A program made the position numbers and the translations under genes. The notes beneath the pieces are model-generated. The model was not told where the DNA came from and did not search any database. It saw only the letters and a program-made list of their open reading frames with translations. From Candidatus Altimarinota bacterium (GTDB lineage: Bacteria > Patescibacteriota > Gracilibacteria > CAIRYL01), in NCBI GenBank assembly GCA_965250085.1, contig OZ252287.1, positions 1,152,001 to 1,216,000 of the forward strand: a stretch of DNA of 64,000 bases. Reading direction: 5' to 3'. Position 1 is the stretch's first letter. Every line of letters begins with the position of its first letter. Shown here in pieces: positions 1-10,360 of the stretch.

Positions 1-1
1 T

Positions 2-205
2 CATAAACCCGTGACAGCAAAAGCTGCAGAGGTCCCTATGGGATCTGGGAAAGGCGCGCTTGATCGATACGTGACACCTATCAAACCGGGAACAATGATC
101 TTTGAAATGAGCGGAGTGGATGAGGACAGTGCTCGAGAAGCACTTCGCCTCGCTTCTCATAAACTTTGTATCAAGTCTAAATTCGTTTCAAAAAGCTTTG
201 TATAA
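2..205 (+). CDS. rplP: 50S ribosomal protein L16, 5'-truncated by window edge
   Basis: [17 protein letters not shown]...PGTMIFEM...[13 protein letters not shown]-terminal L16 motifs; operon position. Confidence 0.95.
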   Translation, partial: HKPVTAKAAEVPMGSGKGALDRYVTPIKPGTMIFEMSGVDEDSAREALRLASHKLCIKSKFVSKSFV

Positions 206-219
206 TTTCCATTTTTTCT

Positions 220-438
220 GTGATGACATTTCAACAAATGATGGCAGCCAAAGAAGATGATCTCAGAAAAGAGATAGAAAAAACCGAAAGAGAACTCTTA
301 CAAGTACGCATGGGAATACGCCTTCAACAAGAGAAAAATACGGCAAAAAAAACTAAAAAGAGAAAGTATATTGCACAGCTCAAAACGGCACTGAATAATA
401 AACAATCTTCCCCAGAAAAAACTCCTCTTACTTCTTAA
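220..438 (+). CDS. rpmC: 50S ribosomal protein L29
   Basis: Small basic helical protein between rplP and rpsQ; RKYIAQLKT motif. Confidence 0.85.
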   Translation: MMTFQQMMAAKEDDLRKEIEKTERELLQVRMGIRLQQEKNTAKKTKKRKYIAQLKTALNNKQSSPEKTPLTS

Positions 439-446
439 ATCATCCT

Positions 447-677
447 ATGAAAGCAAAAAAAGGAACTATTATATCGGCTAAAATGGACCAAACAGTAGTA
501 GTTATAGTGCACACATATAAAGCTCATCCGAAGTATAAGAAGAGATATCGAATTTCTCGAAAGTTTCTCGCTCATAATCCAGACAATAAATATCAAGAAG
601 GAGATGAGGTCACCATCATGGAAACCAAGCCACTTTCCAAGAGGAAGAGATGGATAGTCGCATCAGAGGCAGAGTAA
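447..677 (+). CDS. rpsQ: 30S ribosomal protein S17
   Basis: KMDQTVVV, HPKYKK, ETKPLSKRKRW. Confidence 0.97.
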   Translation: MKAKKGTIISAKMDQTVVVIVHTYKAHPKYKKRYRISRKFLAHNPDNKYQEGDEVTIMETKPLSKRKRWIVASEAE

Positions 678-714
678 TTATTTCAGCCAATCATAATACA
701 CTTTTTATTTCAGA

Positions 715-1083
715 ATGATTCAAACTCAAAGCAAACTCAGCGTAGCCGATAACACAGGTGCTAAAAGTGTTATGTGCATCAAGGTGCTTGGTGGATCAAA
801 AAGGAGATATGCTCAAATTGGAGACACGATTGTCGTTGCAGTAAAAAAAGCGCTTCCTCGAGGAGTTGTAAAAAAAAAGAGCGTTCAAAGGGCAGTAATT
901 GTAAGGCAAAAAAGAAATCTCAAGAGAAGGGATGGGTCGTATATACGGTTTGATGAGAATGCGGTTGTTATTGTTAACAAAGAAGGAATACCCAAAGGTA
1001 CACGCGTCTTTGGACCCGTAGCCAGAGAGCTTAGGAGGAAGGGATTCCAAAAAATTATTTCCCAAGCGCCAGAAGTTTTATAA
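715..1083 (+). CDS. rplN: 50S ribosomal protein L14
   Basis: [17 protein letters not shown]...[12 protein letters not shown]...APEVL. Confidence 0.99.
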   Translation: MIQTQSKLSVADNTGAKSVMCIKVLGGSKRRYAQIGDTIVVAVKKALPRGVVKKKSVQRAVIVRQKRNLKRRDGSYIRFDENAVVIVNKEGIPKGTRVFGPVARELRRKGFQKIISQAPEVL

Positions 1084-1137
1084 CTTATTAGCCATTAGCA
1101 CTTAGTTTTTAATTTTCAATTTCTAATTTTCCAATTT
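1084..1137. repeat. Short 7-bp-periodic arrays between rplN and rplX
   Basis: TTATTAG CCATTAG CACTTAG then AATTTTC AATTTCT AATTTTC. Confidence 0.55.
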
Positions 1138-1464
1138 ATGAGAATCAAAAAAGGAGACACTGTTCAGGTTTTAACTGGCAAGGATAAAGGGAAAAAAGGG
1201 AAAGTAATGAGTATCCTCTCAAAATCCCAAAAGATAGTCGTGGAAAAGGTCAACATTATTACCAAGCACATCAAAAAAACTCAGCAGAGAGCGGGAGAAC
1301 GTATCCAGACGGAAGGACCTATTCATGCATCAAACGTTATGGTTCTCTGTCCAGAGACGAAAAAACCAACAAAAGTAAAGTATGAGGTGCCAAAATCTGG
1401 AAAAAAATATAGAATATCTGCCCGCAGCGGAAAAACGCTCGATACACCATTTGTAAAAAACTAA
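1138..1464 (+). CDS. rplX: 50S ribosomal protein L24
   Basis: IKKGDTVQVLTGKDKGKKG, EGPIHASNV. Confidence 0.98.
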   Translation: MRIKKGDTVQVLTGKDKGKKGKVMSILSKSQKIVVEKVNIITKHIKKTQQRAGERIQTEGPIHASNVMVLCPETKKPTKVKYEVPKSGKKYRISARSGKTLDTPFVKN

Positions 1465-1490
1465 CCATCCTATAATTTAAAATTTTTCAA

Positions 1491-2027
1491 GTGTCATTTG
1501 CAACCACATATCGGGAGACTCTACGAGACAAGCTTCAAAAGGATCTTACTTTGCACAACACCCATGAAGTACCTCGGATCACAAAAATTACTGTCAATGC
1601 GGGAATAGGAAAATACTTACAATCCGAAAAAAATCCTTCTAAAGTAGTCGAAGCCATCAAACTCATTACTGGACAGTCTCCAATAGTGAATAAAGCTCGT
1701 ATGGCTATTTCAAACTTTAAACTCCGTGAAGGGATGCCAGTGGGATGCTCTGTTACCCTCAGAAAGCAAAGGATGTATGATTTTTTAGAGAGAGTGGTTA
1801 CATATACCGCTCCACGAATTCGTGACTTTCAGGGATTTTCTCACAAATCATTTGACGGAAGAGGGAACTACTCTTTTGGGATTCGTGAGCACACTGTATT
1901 TCCAGAAATTCCTCAAGATGACGTAGTAAAACCATTTGGACTACAAATCACTATCACAACTACAGCCGAGACCGATGAGCAAGCAAAAGCACTTCTCAAA
2001 GAATTTAATTTCCCTTTTACTCGATAA
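1491..2027 (+). CDS. rplE: 50S ribosomal protein L5
   Basis: [32 protein letters not shown]. Confidence 0.98.
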   Translation: MSFATTYRETLRDKLQKDLTLHNTHEVPRITKITVNAGIGKYLQSEKNPSKVVEAIKLITGQSPIVNKARMAISNFKLREGMPVGCSVTLRKQRMYDFLERVVTYTAPRIRDFQGFSHKSFDGRGNYSFGIREHTVFPEIPQDDVVKPFGLQITITTTAETDEQAKALLKEFNFPFTR

Positions 2028-2037
2028 TTTTTTTTCC

Positions 2038-2262
2038 ATGGCAAAAAAGTCAATGATCGTAAAAGCAAATAAGCGCAAAAAAAAGTATCTCCAGGCACTT
2101 GCAGATGGAAGAAAGCCAAAGCATCCTACAAGGATGTACAACAGATGCCAACGATGTGGCAGGCCACACGGATATATGCGAATATTTGATATGTGCCGTA
2201 TATGTGTACGAGAACTTGCTCGAGAAGGGAAAATTGCAGGATTAAAAAAATCGAGTTGGTAA
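2038..2262 (+). CDS. rpsN: 30S ribosomal protein S14, Zn-binding (C+) type, 74 aa
   Basis: MAKKSM start at ATG 2038; RCQRCGRP...CRIC, KKSSW end. Confidence 0.97.
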   Translation: MAKKSMIVKANKRKKKYLQALADGRKPKHPTRMYNRCQRCGRPHGYMRIFDMCRICVRELAREGKIAGLKKSSW

Positions 2263-2291
2263 AAATATAATCTTTAACCTTTTCATTTAAA

Positions 2292-2675
2292 ATGAATACT
2301 GATCCTATTGCCGATATGCTTACAAGAATACGAAACGCTTCACGAGCGGAAAGGGAGAGTGTATCTATCCCTCATTCTCGAATAAAAAAAGCGATAGCAG
2401 ATATCATGCAAAAAAAGGGATTTATACAAAAAGTAGGCATTATGGAAGAACAAAGAAAAAAAAGCATTCATATTGAACTCATGCCCGAAAGAAAAGATAT
2501 TATGCTTACTCGAAAAAGCAAGCCAGGCCGAAGGCATTATCTAGCCTCTCGAGAGATGAGGCCAGTGCACGATGGATACGGAGTAGGCATTGTTTCTACT
2601 TCCCAGGGAGTTATGACAACGGAGCAAGCGCAGGATAAGAAAGTAGGAGGAGAGTATATCTGTGAAGTATATTAA
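2292..2675 (+). CDS. rpsH: 30S ribosomal protein S8
   Basis: TDPIADMLTRIRNA, SKPGRR, STSQGVMT, GGE. Confidence 0.98.
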   Translation: MNTDPIADMLTRIRNASRAERESVSIPHSRIKKAIADIMQKKGFIQKVGIMEEQRKKSIHIELMPERKDIMLTRKSKPGRRHYLASREMRPVHDGYGVGIVSTSQGVMTTEQAQDKKVGGEYICEVY

Positions 2676-2704
2676 TATAATTTTATTCCAAATCTTTAAT
2701 TTTT

Positions 2705-3262
2705 ATGTCCCGAATTGGAAAACAAATCATCGAAATCCCTTCAGGCGTAACAGTCGAAATTCAGAACCAACTGGTAATCGTCAAGGGAGGAAAGGGAGAA
2801 CTTTCATACGAGATGCCCGTCGGCATTGCCCTTGAGCAGGAGGAAGGCACTTTACAGGTCAAAAGAGCTTCTGATGAAAAGCAAATGAGAGCATTCCATG
2901 GACTTGTAAGAGCACTTATTGCCAATATGGTTGAAGGTGTTTCGAAGGGGTTTGAAAAACGTTTAGAAATTCAAGGAGTGGGATATAGGGCGCAGGCAAC
3001 TGGGAATAAAATCAATCTTCAACTCGGATTTTCACATCCTATAGAAATGAATGCTCCAAAGGGAGTTACTGTGCAAAATGATGAAGAAGAAAAAAATATC
3101 CTTATTGTTAGTGGCATTGATAAACAAGCAGTTGGTGAATTTGCCGCGAATATCCGAAAACTCAGAAAGCCAGAACCATACAAAGGAAAAGGAATCAGGT
3201 ATGTAGGAGAGTATGTACCTCGCAAGGCAGGAAAAGCTGCAGCAAGTGCAGGAGAAGCTTAA
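2705..3262 (+). CDS. rplF: 50S ribosomal protein L6
   Basis: MSRIGK, GVGYRA, PEPYKGKGIRY. Confidence 0.99.
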   Translation: MSRIGKQIIEIPSGVTVEIQNQLVIVKGGKGELSYEMPVGIALEQEEGTLQVKRASDEKQMRAFHGLVRALIANMVEGVSKGFEKRLEIQGVGYRAQATGNKINLQLGFSHPIEMNAPKGVTVQNDEEEKNILIVSGIDKQAVGEFAANIRKLRKPEPYKGKGIRYVGEYVPRKAGKAAASAGEA

Positions 3263-3280
3263 TCTTTACTATATATATTT

Positions 3281-3628
3281 ATGCCAAGTATCAAATCACT
3301 CCAGCGACAGAGACGAAAAGCACGAAGTCGTGCCAAGATATCAGGAACTGCCAAAAGGCCAAGACTCACTGTATACAGATCTCTTCAATCATTTGAAGCA
3401 CAACTGATTGATGACATAAGTGGTGTCACGCTTGTAAGCATCACTTCTCGAAAAGAAAAAAAAGATGGAACTTCTCTCAAAAATGTACAAGAACTTGGGA
3501 AAAAATTAGGAGAGCAAGCAAAAAAGAAAAAGATAACGACTTGTGTTTTTGATCGCAATGGATATGCATACCATGGAAAGGTAAAAACCTTTGCAGATGG
3601 AGCTCGGGAAGGTGGCCTTATGTTTTAA
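3281..3628 (+). CDS. rplR: 50S ribosomal protein L18
   Basis: RPRLTVYRS, VFDRNGYAYHGKV, AREGGL. Confidence 0.98.
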   Translation: MPSIKSLQRQRRKARSRAKISGTAKRPRLTVYRSLQSFEAQLIDDISGVTLVSITSRKEKKDGTSLKNVQELGKKLGEQAKKKKITTCVFDRNGYAYHGKVKTFADGAREGGLMF

Positions 3629-3655
3629 ATCTCTTATTTTTCATATTTCTCCCAC

Positions 3656-4456
3656 ATGACAGAAGAAAAAGACACCACTTCAAAGCAGGAGGTTCAAAAA
3701 ACAGAAGAATCTACGCCACAAGAAAACTCTGCCGAAGAGCAGGGTGTTGTTGCCAATGCAGAGAAAAATGTTTCTCAGGACGCAGCCACAGCTCAAGATC
3801 CGGCAAAGAAAGCAGAAAATACGTCTACAAAAGGTAAGAACCGATCACACTCTCAAAATCGAAGAGATAATCAGAAAGGAAAAGGATCCAAAAAGAGGTC
3901 TCGTCGCGGAAGACGCGGAAGAGGGGACACTGGAGAAAAAGAATTTGAAGAAGAAGTTCTCGAGATTGCACGAGTCACTCGTGTAGTAAAAGGAGGACGC
4001 CGGCTGCGATTCCGGGCAACGGTCATAGTAGGAGATCGAAAAGGCAGAGTAGGAATGAGTACTGGGAAATCAACAGAGGTCGCTGCTGCTGTACACAAAG
4101 CGGTTGCTGCTGCCAAGAAGAATCTTATAAAAATCCCTATTATCAGAGGAACAATTCCTCATGAAGTAAAATGGAAACACAAAGGAGCGCGCATTTTACT
4201 CATGCCTGCCAAAGAAGGGATCGGTATTATTGCCGGAGGAGCTCTTCGAAAAATAGCAGACCTGTCAGGTATTCAGAATATTTTGGGGAAGAGCTATGGA
4301 ACGAATAATAAACTCGTAAATGCGCAGGCTATGATGGGCGCATTGCAGTCATTTAGGCAAAAGAAACAAGACGAAAGTGCAAAGAATCAATCTCCTCAAA
4401 AAAATGAGACTGATACCGAAAAAACGGTTCATAAAAAAATATCCACAAAAGAATAA
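3656..4456 (+). CDS. rpsE: 30S ribosomal protein S5 with long N- and C-terminal low-complexity extensions
   Basis: RVTRVVKGGRRLRF core starts near residue 97. Confidence 0.97.
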   Translation: MTEEKDTTSKQEVQKTEESTPQENSAEEQGVVANAEKNVSQDAATAQDPAKKAENTSTKGKNRSHSQNRRDNQKGKGSKKRSRRGRRGRGDTGEKEFEEEVLEIARVTRVVKGGRRLRFRATVIVGDRKGRVGMSTGKSTEVAAAVHKAVAAAKKNLIKIPIIRGTIPHEVKWKHKGARILLMPAKEGIGIIAGGALRKIADLSGIQNILGKSYGTNNKLVNAQAMMGALQSFRQKKQDESAKNQSPQKNETDTEKTVHKKISTKE

Positions 4457-4559
4457 TACAATATATTCTTTTGTATTCTTGGTTTTCTCACAAAAAAACA
4501 CTCCCTGCGCTATGACTTTGTAGCGAAGTTTCGTATGCTCTTTTCACTTCTAGACTCAC

Positions 4560-6239
4560 ATGACTAAAATAGTACAAAAAATAGGGATTTTGTTTTTCTC
4601 GCTGCTTTTTATTTTTCCTTCTGCAGGAGCATGTGCCGCAGAAGAATCTCTCGAATTTCTTCGCACACAGAACATTCTTGAAGCGGGTGAAGAACAAGAA
4701 TACCCAAAGAGGTTTGTTTTTCGAAAAGACTGGGTACGATGGACCATGAGAAGTACTGATTTTATGGGAGATGAAACTGGACAGGAACCATTTCATGATG
4801 TGGAGAATAATCCTTACGTTGCAAAAGCATGGGAAATAGGAGCCATAAAAACGCAGCCATATTTTTCTCCAGATCGCCCAATACTCCTCTATGAAGCACT
4901 CAAGGTGCTCTCTATCGCTCATGATCTTGATACTTCCGAAAAAAGCGCATTCACTTGGCAGGATCTTCCAGAGGATACAGAACTCAGAGACATCATGCTT
5001 TCAGCGGTAAAACGCAAACTCATACAACCGGTTTCGGACACTCACCTCGGAACCTATAATAAACTCACCAGGAGACAGGCCGCAGAAATTCTGTATACGC
5101 TTGTTTTTTCTTCATCACAGCAACAAAAACAAACGATTACGATACGAACAAAAATACTTGATTCCAACAAACAAAAAATACTGGAAACAATTTGGGAAGA
5201 ACTTCAAAAAAAATCACTCTATGCAGAAGATCTCGATGAACAAATACTCCTGGAAGGAGCAATAGAGGGCCTTTTGGAGGCACTCGAAGATCCACATGCA
5301 CATTATTGGACGCAGGAAGAAACTGAGGAGAGAGATCAAATCTCTCAAGGAGGGAATATCAGTGGAATTGGAGCGCAAATTCAGACAAATGTTCACACAG
5401 GAGAAGTCTTTATCGTGAGTACTTTTCCCGGAACTCCAGCAGAGAACGCAGGTATTCTTCCCGGAGACATAATTGTTGGAGTCGATGGACAGGATGTTTC
5501 GGAAAAAGAAGCCGAGATCATTGCCAATCTCATCAGAGGAGAAGAAGGGACAGACGTGGTTATACAAATTCGAAGAAACAATATCAAAAAAACATTCACG
5601 CTTTCTCGAGCAACTATTCAAATCCCTTTGGTAGAAATATCCCGTGATAACGATATTGTAAACATTGAATACAGAAGATTTGAACGCAATGCGCTCAAAC
5701 AGGTTCGTGCTTTCGTGACTGATGCTGAGCAAATGAAAGACGTAAAGGGAATAATTCTGGACCTCAGAAATAATCCTGGAGGTGATCTGGGTGTGACGCT
5801 TGAAATGATGGGATTTTTCTTGCCACAAGATGAAGACGGAAGAAATGCAACGGGGACATGGCTCGAAGAAAGAGACAGTATTACTCGTGAAAGAGTCGTA
5901 GGAGATCCTATTCTTCAAGATATGCCATTTGTAGTACTTGTTAACAGATATTCCGCTTCCGGCTCAGAGATGCTGGCGGCTGGTATGAAGGACCACAAAA
6001 GAGCACTGGTGATTGGAGAGCAAACCTATGGAAAAGGGACTGCACAGAGGAGACAATATTTTTATGACGGGTCTTCCTGGAGATATACTATTGCCAATTG
6101 GCTTTCTCCAGACAAACATGTTATTGAAGGTGTCGGTGTTATTCCTCATATTGAGATTGCAACCTTGGGAGGGGATGATCAGGCTTTAGAAATTGCAATG
6201 AATAAAATCAAAAGGGGGCAGACCTATCCAGCGGAGTAG
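4560..6239 (+). CDS. S41 C-terminal processing peptidase (signal peptide, SLH-like region, PDZ, catalytic domain)
   Basis: GIGAQI...GTPAENAGILPGD (PDZ), LDLRNNPGG, SASGSE, GEQTYGKG. Confidence 0.92.
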   Translation: MTKIVQKIGILFFSLLFIFPSAGACAAEESLEFLRTQNILEAGEEQEYPKRFVFRKDWVRWTMRSTDFMGDETGQEPFHDVENNPYVAKAWEIGAIKTQPYFSPDRPILLYEALKVLSIAHDLDTSEKSAFTWQDLPEDTELRDIMLSAVKRKLIQPVSDTHLGTYNKLTRRQAAEILYTLVFSSSQQQKQTITIRTKILDSNKQKILETIWEELQKKSLYAEDLDEQILLEGAIEGLLEALEDPHAHYWTQEETEERDQISQGGNISGIGAQIQTNVHTGEVFIVSTFPGTPAENAGILPGDIIVGVDGQDVSEKEAEIIANLIRGEEGTDVVIQIRRNNIKKTFTLSRATIQIPLVEISRDNDIVNIEYRRFERNALKQVRAFVTDAEQMKDVKGIILDLRNNPGGDLGVTLEMMGFFLPQDEDGRNATGTWLEERDSITRERVVGDPILQDMPFVVLVNRYSASGSEMLAAGMKDHKRALVIGEQTYGKGTAQRRQYFYDGSSWRYTIANWLSPDKHVIEGVGVIPHIEIATLGGDDQALEIAMNKIKRGQTYPAE

Positions 6240-6332
6240 GTGGAAAGTGAATTGGTGAGTAAGTTGTCAATGTTAGAGCTGGTTCACAATAAATTGATAT
6301 AACGAATCCAAAAGAAAGATCAACACTGTTAA

Positions 6333-6352
6333 CGGCAGAATTTATTCTGCCG
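6333..6352. repeat. Palindrome CGGCAGAAT-TT-ATTCTGCCG
   Basis: Perfect 9-bp inverted repeat between convergent genes. Confidence 0.75.
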
Positions 6353-6383
6353 CATCTGATGTAACTTGATACTCGGAATTATA

Positions 6384-6412
6384 CTGGAGCAACCGTCTTT
6401 CGGTTGCTCCAG
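6384..6412. repeat. 12-bp-stem hairpin (REP-like or bidirectional terminator)
   Basis: CTGGAGCAACCG-TCTTT-CGGTTGCTCCAG between convergent genes. Confidence 0.75.
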
Positions 6413-6422
6413 CTTAGGTCAA

Positions 6423-6824
6423 TCATTTCTTTGCGGAAAATAACTTGTACATCCAATCAAAAGTTTTTGGAAGCGTAAGGAAGTGAAGGGAAAAAAGAAG
6501 AGGATTATATTCATCAGCGAACCAAGGTGGTGACCAAAAGGCTACTCCTAGAGAAGTTGCACCCACAATGAGGAATATATTTTCATTCTTCTTTATAAAA
6601 CGATCTATCCTCAGCTTATTAGTGAAGGGCATCATATCCTCGTTTTTGTAAATATCGTTTCTAATTTTTTTCCGCGCCATGTACACCAAATATCCTATTG
6701 CACCAAGATCTTCTTCTTTTGCACTTTCAAGCATTGTTTCTACTGTACGAATTGCATCTTGCACCTCTTCCTCGGAGTATCGAGGTTTTTCGTCGAGAGG
6801 TTGAGAGTTTTCGGGAGTATCCAT
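6423..6824 (-). CDS. Hypothetical protein, C-terminal hydrophobic segments
   Basis: ORF from ATG 6824 (MDTPENSQP); upstream TTGACA on minus strand near 6875. Confidence 0.65.
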   Translation of the reverse strand: MDTPENSQPLDEKPRYSEEEVQDAIRTVETMLESAKEEDLGAIGYLVYMARKKIRNDIYKNEDMMPFTNKLRIDRFIKKNENIFLIVGATSLGVAFWSPPWFADEYNPLLFSLHFLTLPKTFDWMYKLFSAKK

Positions 6825-6978
6825 AACAGAAATAAAAAGTGTGGAGTATTCTTGCACTTCTTCTTCTTCTTGTCAACTAAGAATTAAGCATTTAAAACAT
6901 AACCAATTATGAGAAGTACTTTTCTGAGATGACAGGCGTGCGGAGTATTGATACCATGTACGCACTTTATTTTTGCAC

Positions 6979-8499
6979 ATGATACGCAGAGCCCTTCTTT
7001 CGGTTTCCAACAAGTCAGGCATTGCTGAGTTTGCTCAGTTTTTGGTCTCCCACAATATAGAAATTCTTTCTACTGGGGGTACCGCCAAAATGCTTCGTGA
7101 TAAAAAAATATCAGTGAAGGATGTATCTGAATACACAGGATTTCCTGAAGTGTTTGATGGGCGGGTGAAGACCTTGCACCCCAAGATTCATGGAGGACTC
7201 CTGTACCTTCGAAACAATGATGAACATCAAGAAACGGCAGAAAAGAATGAGATCTTTCCTATTGATCTGGTAGTGGCCAATCTCTATCCATTTGAAGAAA
7301 CTCTGCAAAAAGAAGGAGTCTCTGAATCTGAAATTATTGAAAACATTGATATTGGAGGTCCCAGTATGCTCAGATCCGCAGCAAAGAATTTTGAAAGTGT
7401 CACCGTGGTGACAGATCCTCAGGATTACTCACTTATACAAAAAGAGATTGGAGAAAATGGAGATACCACCTTGAAGACGAGAAAACATCTGGCACAAAAA
7501 GTTTTTCGACGCACTGCTGAGTACGATTCTGCCATTGCTCAATTTTTTGATCCCAATCTTCTTGTTCTTTCTTCTCAAAAATCTCAAGAACTTCGCTATG
7601 GAGAAAATCCTCATCAAAAAGCATCCCTCTACAAATTTTTTCATGAAACCCAGCCATCAATTACAGGAGCAAAACAATTGCAGGGGAAAGAACTCTCATT
7701 TAATAATATTCTGGATGCCGACGCTGCTCTCAGTACTATTACAGAATTTGCAGATGAAGCACCAACTGTTTGTATTTTTAAGCATCTCAATCCTTGTGGA
7801 TCTGCTATGGACAAAACTATTGAAGATGCTTTTCAGAAAGCATATGAGGCGGATAGCACCTCTGCATTTGGAGGTATTGTTGCCCTCAACAGAGAAGTTT
7901 CTGCTGAACTTGCAGAAAAATTAACTAAAATTTTTCTGGAAATCATTCTGGCGCCATCTTTTTCAGCAAAAGCTCTCAAAATTCTTCAAAAGAAAAAAAA
8001 CCTGCGACTTCTCGAAGTGGGCGCACTACGGCTCTCCACAGATGAAGCAGATATTCGATCAGTTGCAGGAGGACTTTTGGTTCAGGATCAGGATTCAAAG
8101 ACACTTTCTACAGAAGACCTCTCGGTTGTAACCAAGAAACAACCTTCAGATGAAGAGATGCAAGATCTCCTCTTTAGCTGGAAAATATGCAAGCATGTAA
8201 AATCGAATGCTATTGTGCTTGCCAAAGATATGCAGACGGTAGGAGTAGGAGCGGGACAAATGTCTCGCATAGACGCAACTCATATTGCTCTTCAAAAGGC
8301 AGGAAAAAAATCAAAGGATGCCATGTGCGGCTCGGATGCATTTTTTCCTTTTGCTGATGGCATAGAATCTCTTGCCCGAGCAGGAGTAAAAGCTATTATA
8401 CAGCCGGGAGGATCGATACGTGACGAAGAAGTCATTACAAAATGTAATGAGTTTGAGATAGCAATGGTATTCACGGGGGCAAGAGCGTTTTGGCACTAA
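6979..8499 (+). CDS. purH: Bifunctional AICAR transformylase/IMP cyclohydrolase
   Basis: RRALLSVSNK, GRVKTLHP, IDIGGPSM, LRYGENPHQ, QPGGSIRD. Confidence 0.99.
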   Translation: MIRRALLSVSNKSGIAEFAQFLVSHNIEILSTGGTAKMLRDKKISVKDVSEYTGFPEVFDGRVKTLHPKIHGGLLYLRNNDEHQETAEKNEIFPIDLVVANLYPFEETLQKEGVSESEIIENIDIGGPSMLRSAAKNFESVTVVTDPQDYSLIQKEIGENGDTTLKTRKHLAQKVFRRTAEYDSAIAQFFDPNLLVLSSQKSQELRYGENPHQKASLYKFFHETQPSITGAKQLQGKELSFNNILDADAALSTITEFADEAPTVCIFKHLNPCGSAMDKTIEDAFQKAYEADSTSAFGGIVALNREVSAELAEKLTKIFLEIILAPSFSAKALKILQKKKNLRLLEVGALRLSTDEADIRSVAGGLLVQDQDSKTLSTEDLSVVTKKQPSDEEMQDLLFSWKICKHVKSNAIVLAKDMQTVGVGAGQMSRIDATHIALQKAGKKSKDAMCGSDAFFPFADGIESLARAGVKAIIQPGGSIRDEEVITKCNEFEIAMVFTGARAFWH

Positions 8500-8500
8500 A

Positions 8501-8666
8501 GGCATGGATTATGAATTATGAAGCATGAATCATGGGGGGAATTTTTAAATTTTATAATTTTTAATTTTATAAATAATTTTTAAATCCTAATTTTTAAAAT
8601 ATTTCTCTTCTACAATATTAGAAATTATAAAATTATAATTTATTTAAAAATTGAGAATTAGAAATT
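8501..8666. repeat. 7-bp array followed by two inverted 8-bp-periodic AT-rich arrays
   Basis: GGCATGG ATTATGA ATTATGA AGCATGA ATCATGG; then (AATTTTTA)n arm, ~10-nt spacer, (TAGAAATT/TAAAAATT)n arm. Confidence 0.75.
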
Positions 8667-8674
8667 CTACGACC

Positions 8675-10360
8675 ATGCTTTCTTTACTCGGAAAAATCTG
8701 GCACTCCAGAGGAACGTTTGATCCTCATCAATCTCTTTTTGAGAATTTTTGTAGAATCCGAAATATTTCAGAGGATGATATTGCTCCAGCAAAGTTTGAA
8801 GAAATCGCCGATCCTTTTTTGTTTCGGGATATGCAAAAATCTGTGAATAGAATTCTTCATGCATTGGAAAAAAAACAAAAAATATGCATATTCGGAGATT
8901 ATGATGCTGATGGAATTACAGGGACCGCTCTTCTCTTCCTGACACTTCGATATTTTGAAGCAGATGTTTCTTATATGCTTCCTTCCCGAGAGGATGGATA
9001 TGGATTTTCACAGAAGTTTGCAGAACAGATTGCATCAGAAAAAACAGATCTCCTGATCACGACCGATTGCGGTATTACAAGTGCGGATTCTGTGAAGTAT
9101 CTGCAAGAGGGAGATATAGATGTGATCATTACTGATCATCACGCTCCTCCAAAACAGCTTCCTCCAGCATATGCTGTGCTTCATCCGCTCCTTCCGAATG
9201 AGACATTTTCTGATACAGATCTTACAGGTGCAGGAGTTGCATTTTTTCTGAGTCTTGCACTTTTATATTCCAGATTAGGCAAGGAAAAATCCAAAACGAT
9301 CGCCAATCAGCTTTTAGAACTTGCGGTAATAGGGACAATTGCAGACTGCGGTATAATGAAAGGACAGAATAGGATTCTTACTGTACTCGGAATTGAAGCA
9401 CTCCAGACAACAAAGAATAAAGGCCTGCTGCAATTAATGGAACTTGCGAACATTGACACAAAACATATTACTCATGAAAGTATTGCTTACTACCTTGCTC
9501 CCAGGATTAATGTGGCGGGCAGACTGGACCATCCTCACAAAGCATTAGAAGTTCTTTTGGGAAATCCTCAAAATGCAGAATATTTGGAGTCCCTCAATTC
9601 CGAGCGTCAGGAAATAGTCATAGAATTTATAACTCAAGCAGAGCAAATGTTGGAGAAAGACGCTCAAAATATTTCTATTATCCTTAAAAGTTCTAAGTGG
9701 CCATCAGGAGTCATTGGTTTGATAGCAGGAAAATTGCAAGAAAAATACAATCGACCAACAATCGTCATAGAGGAAAAAGCAGACAAACTTGTGGCGTCTT
9801 GTCGAGGTCCAGAAAACTTTCATTTTATAGAAGCACTTACAAGTATTACTCACACTGAAACTGATATGTTCCTTGGTTTTGGCGGACATAGCGTAGCAGC
9901 AGGATTTTCCCTTTTGCCGGAAAAATTTGATGTATTTGTAGAATTGTTTAATGTTGAAGTACAAAAAAAACTTGGAAATACAATGGAGTCACCTCAGGTT
10001 TGCTTTGATGGACATGTAGAAACCGAGATCACCACAAAAGATATCTCTGAGCTTTCTCGTGCACGGCCATTTGGCAATGGGAATGCATCACCATTATTTT
10101 GTTTCCCGAAAGCGGAAGTGCAGAATATTCGCCATGTGGGAAGCGATAAAAAACATCTTTCACTCTGGATACGATCTCCATCAGGACAGTTTTTTTCAGG
10201 AATATTTTTTGCACAAGGATCTCATTACAACACTCTTATGGAAAAGAAAATATGGGATATTCTTGCCACTCCAGAGATCAATATATGGAAAGGAGAAGAA
10301 CGTCTTCAGCTCAAGATTGTTGATATGTCTTCTGAAACCAGTTCCTCAGACACTGAGTAA
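8675..10360 (+). CDS. recJ: ssDNA-specific exonuclease RecJ
   Basis: GDYDADG, TDCG, TDHH, GTIAD, APRIN, FGGHSVAAG. Confidence 0.97.
   Translation: MLSLLGKIWHSRGTFDPHQSLFENFCRIRNISEDDIAPAKFEEIADPFLFRDMQKSVNRILHALEKKQKICIFGDYDADGITGTALLFLTLRYFEADVSYMLPSREDGYGFSQKFAEQIASEKTDLLITTDCGITSADSVKYLQEGDIDVIITDHHAPPKQLPPAYAVLHPLLPNETFSDTDLTGAGVAFFLSLALLYSRLGKEKSKTIANQLLELAVIGTIADCGIMKGQNRILTVLGIEALQTTKNKGLLQLMELANIDTKHITHESIAYYLAPRINVAGRLDHPHKALEVLLGNPQNAEYLESLNSERQEIVIEFITQAEQMLEKDAQNISIILKSSKWPSGVIGLIAGKLQEKYNRPTIVIEEKADKLVASCRGPENFHFIEALTSITHTETDMFLGFGGHSVAAGFSLLPEKFDVFVELFNVEVQKKLGNTMESPQVCFDGHVETEITTKDISELSRARPFGNGNASPLFCFPKAEVQNIRHVGSDKKHLSLWIRSPSGQFFSGIFFAQGSHYNTLMEKKIWDILATPEINIWKGEERLQLKIVDMSSETSSSDTE

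Noticed and set aside
6236-6270. Possible 8-bp-periodic array after the S41 peptidase
   Set aside because: Too degenerate to distinguish from chance by eye.
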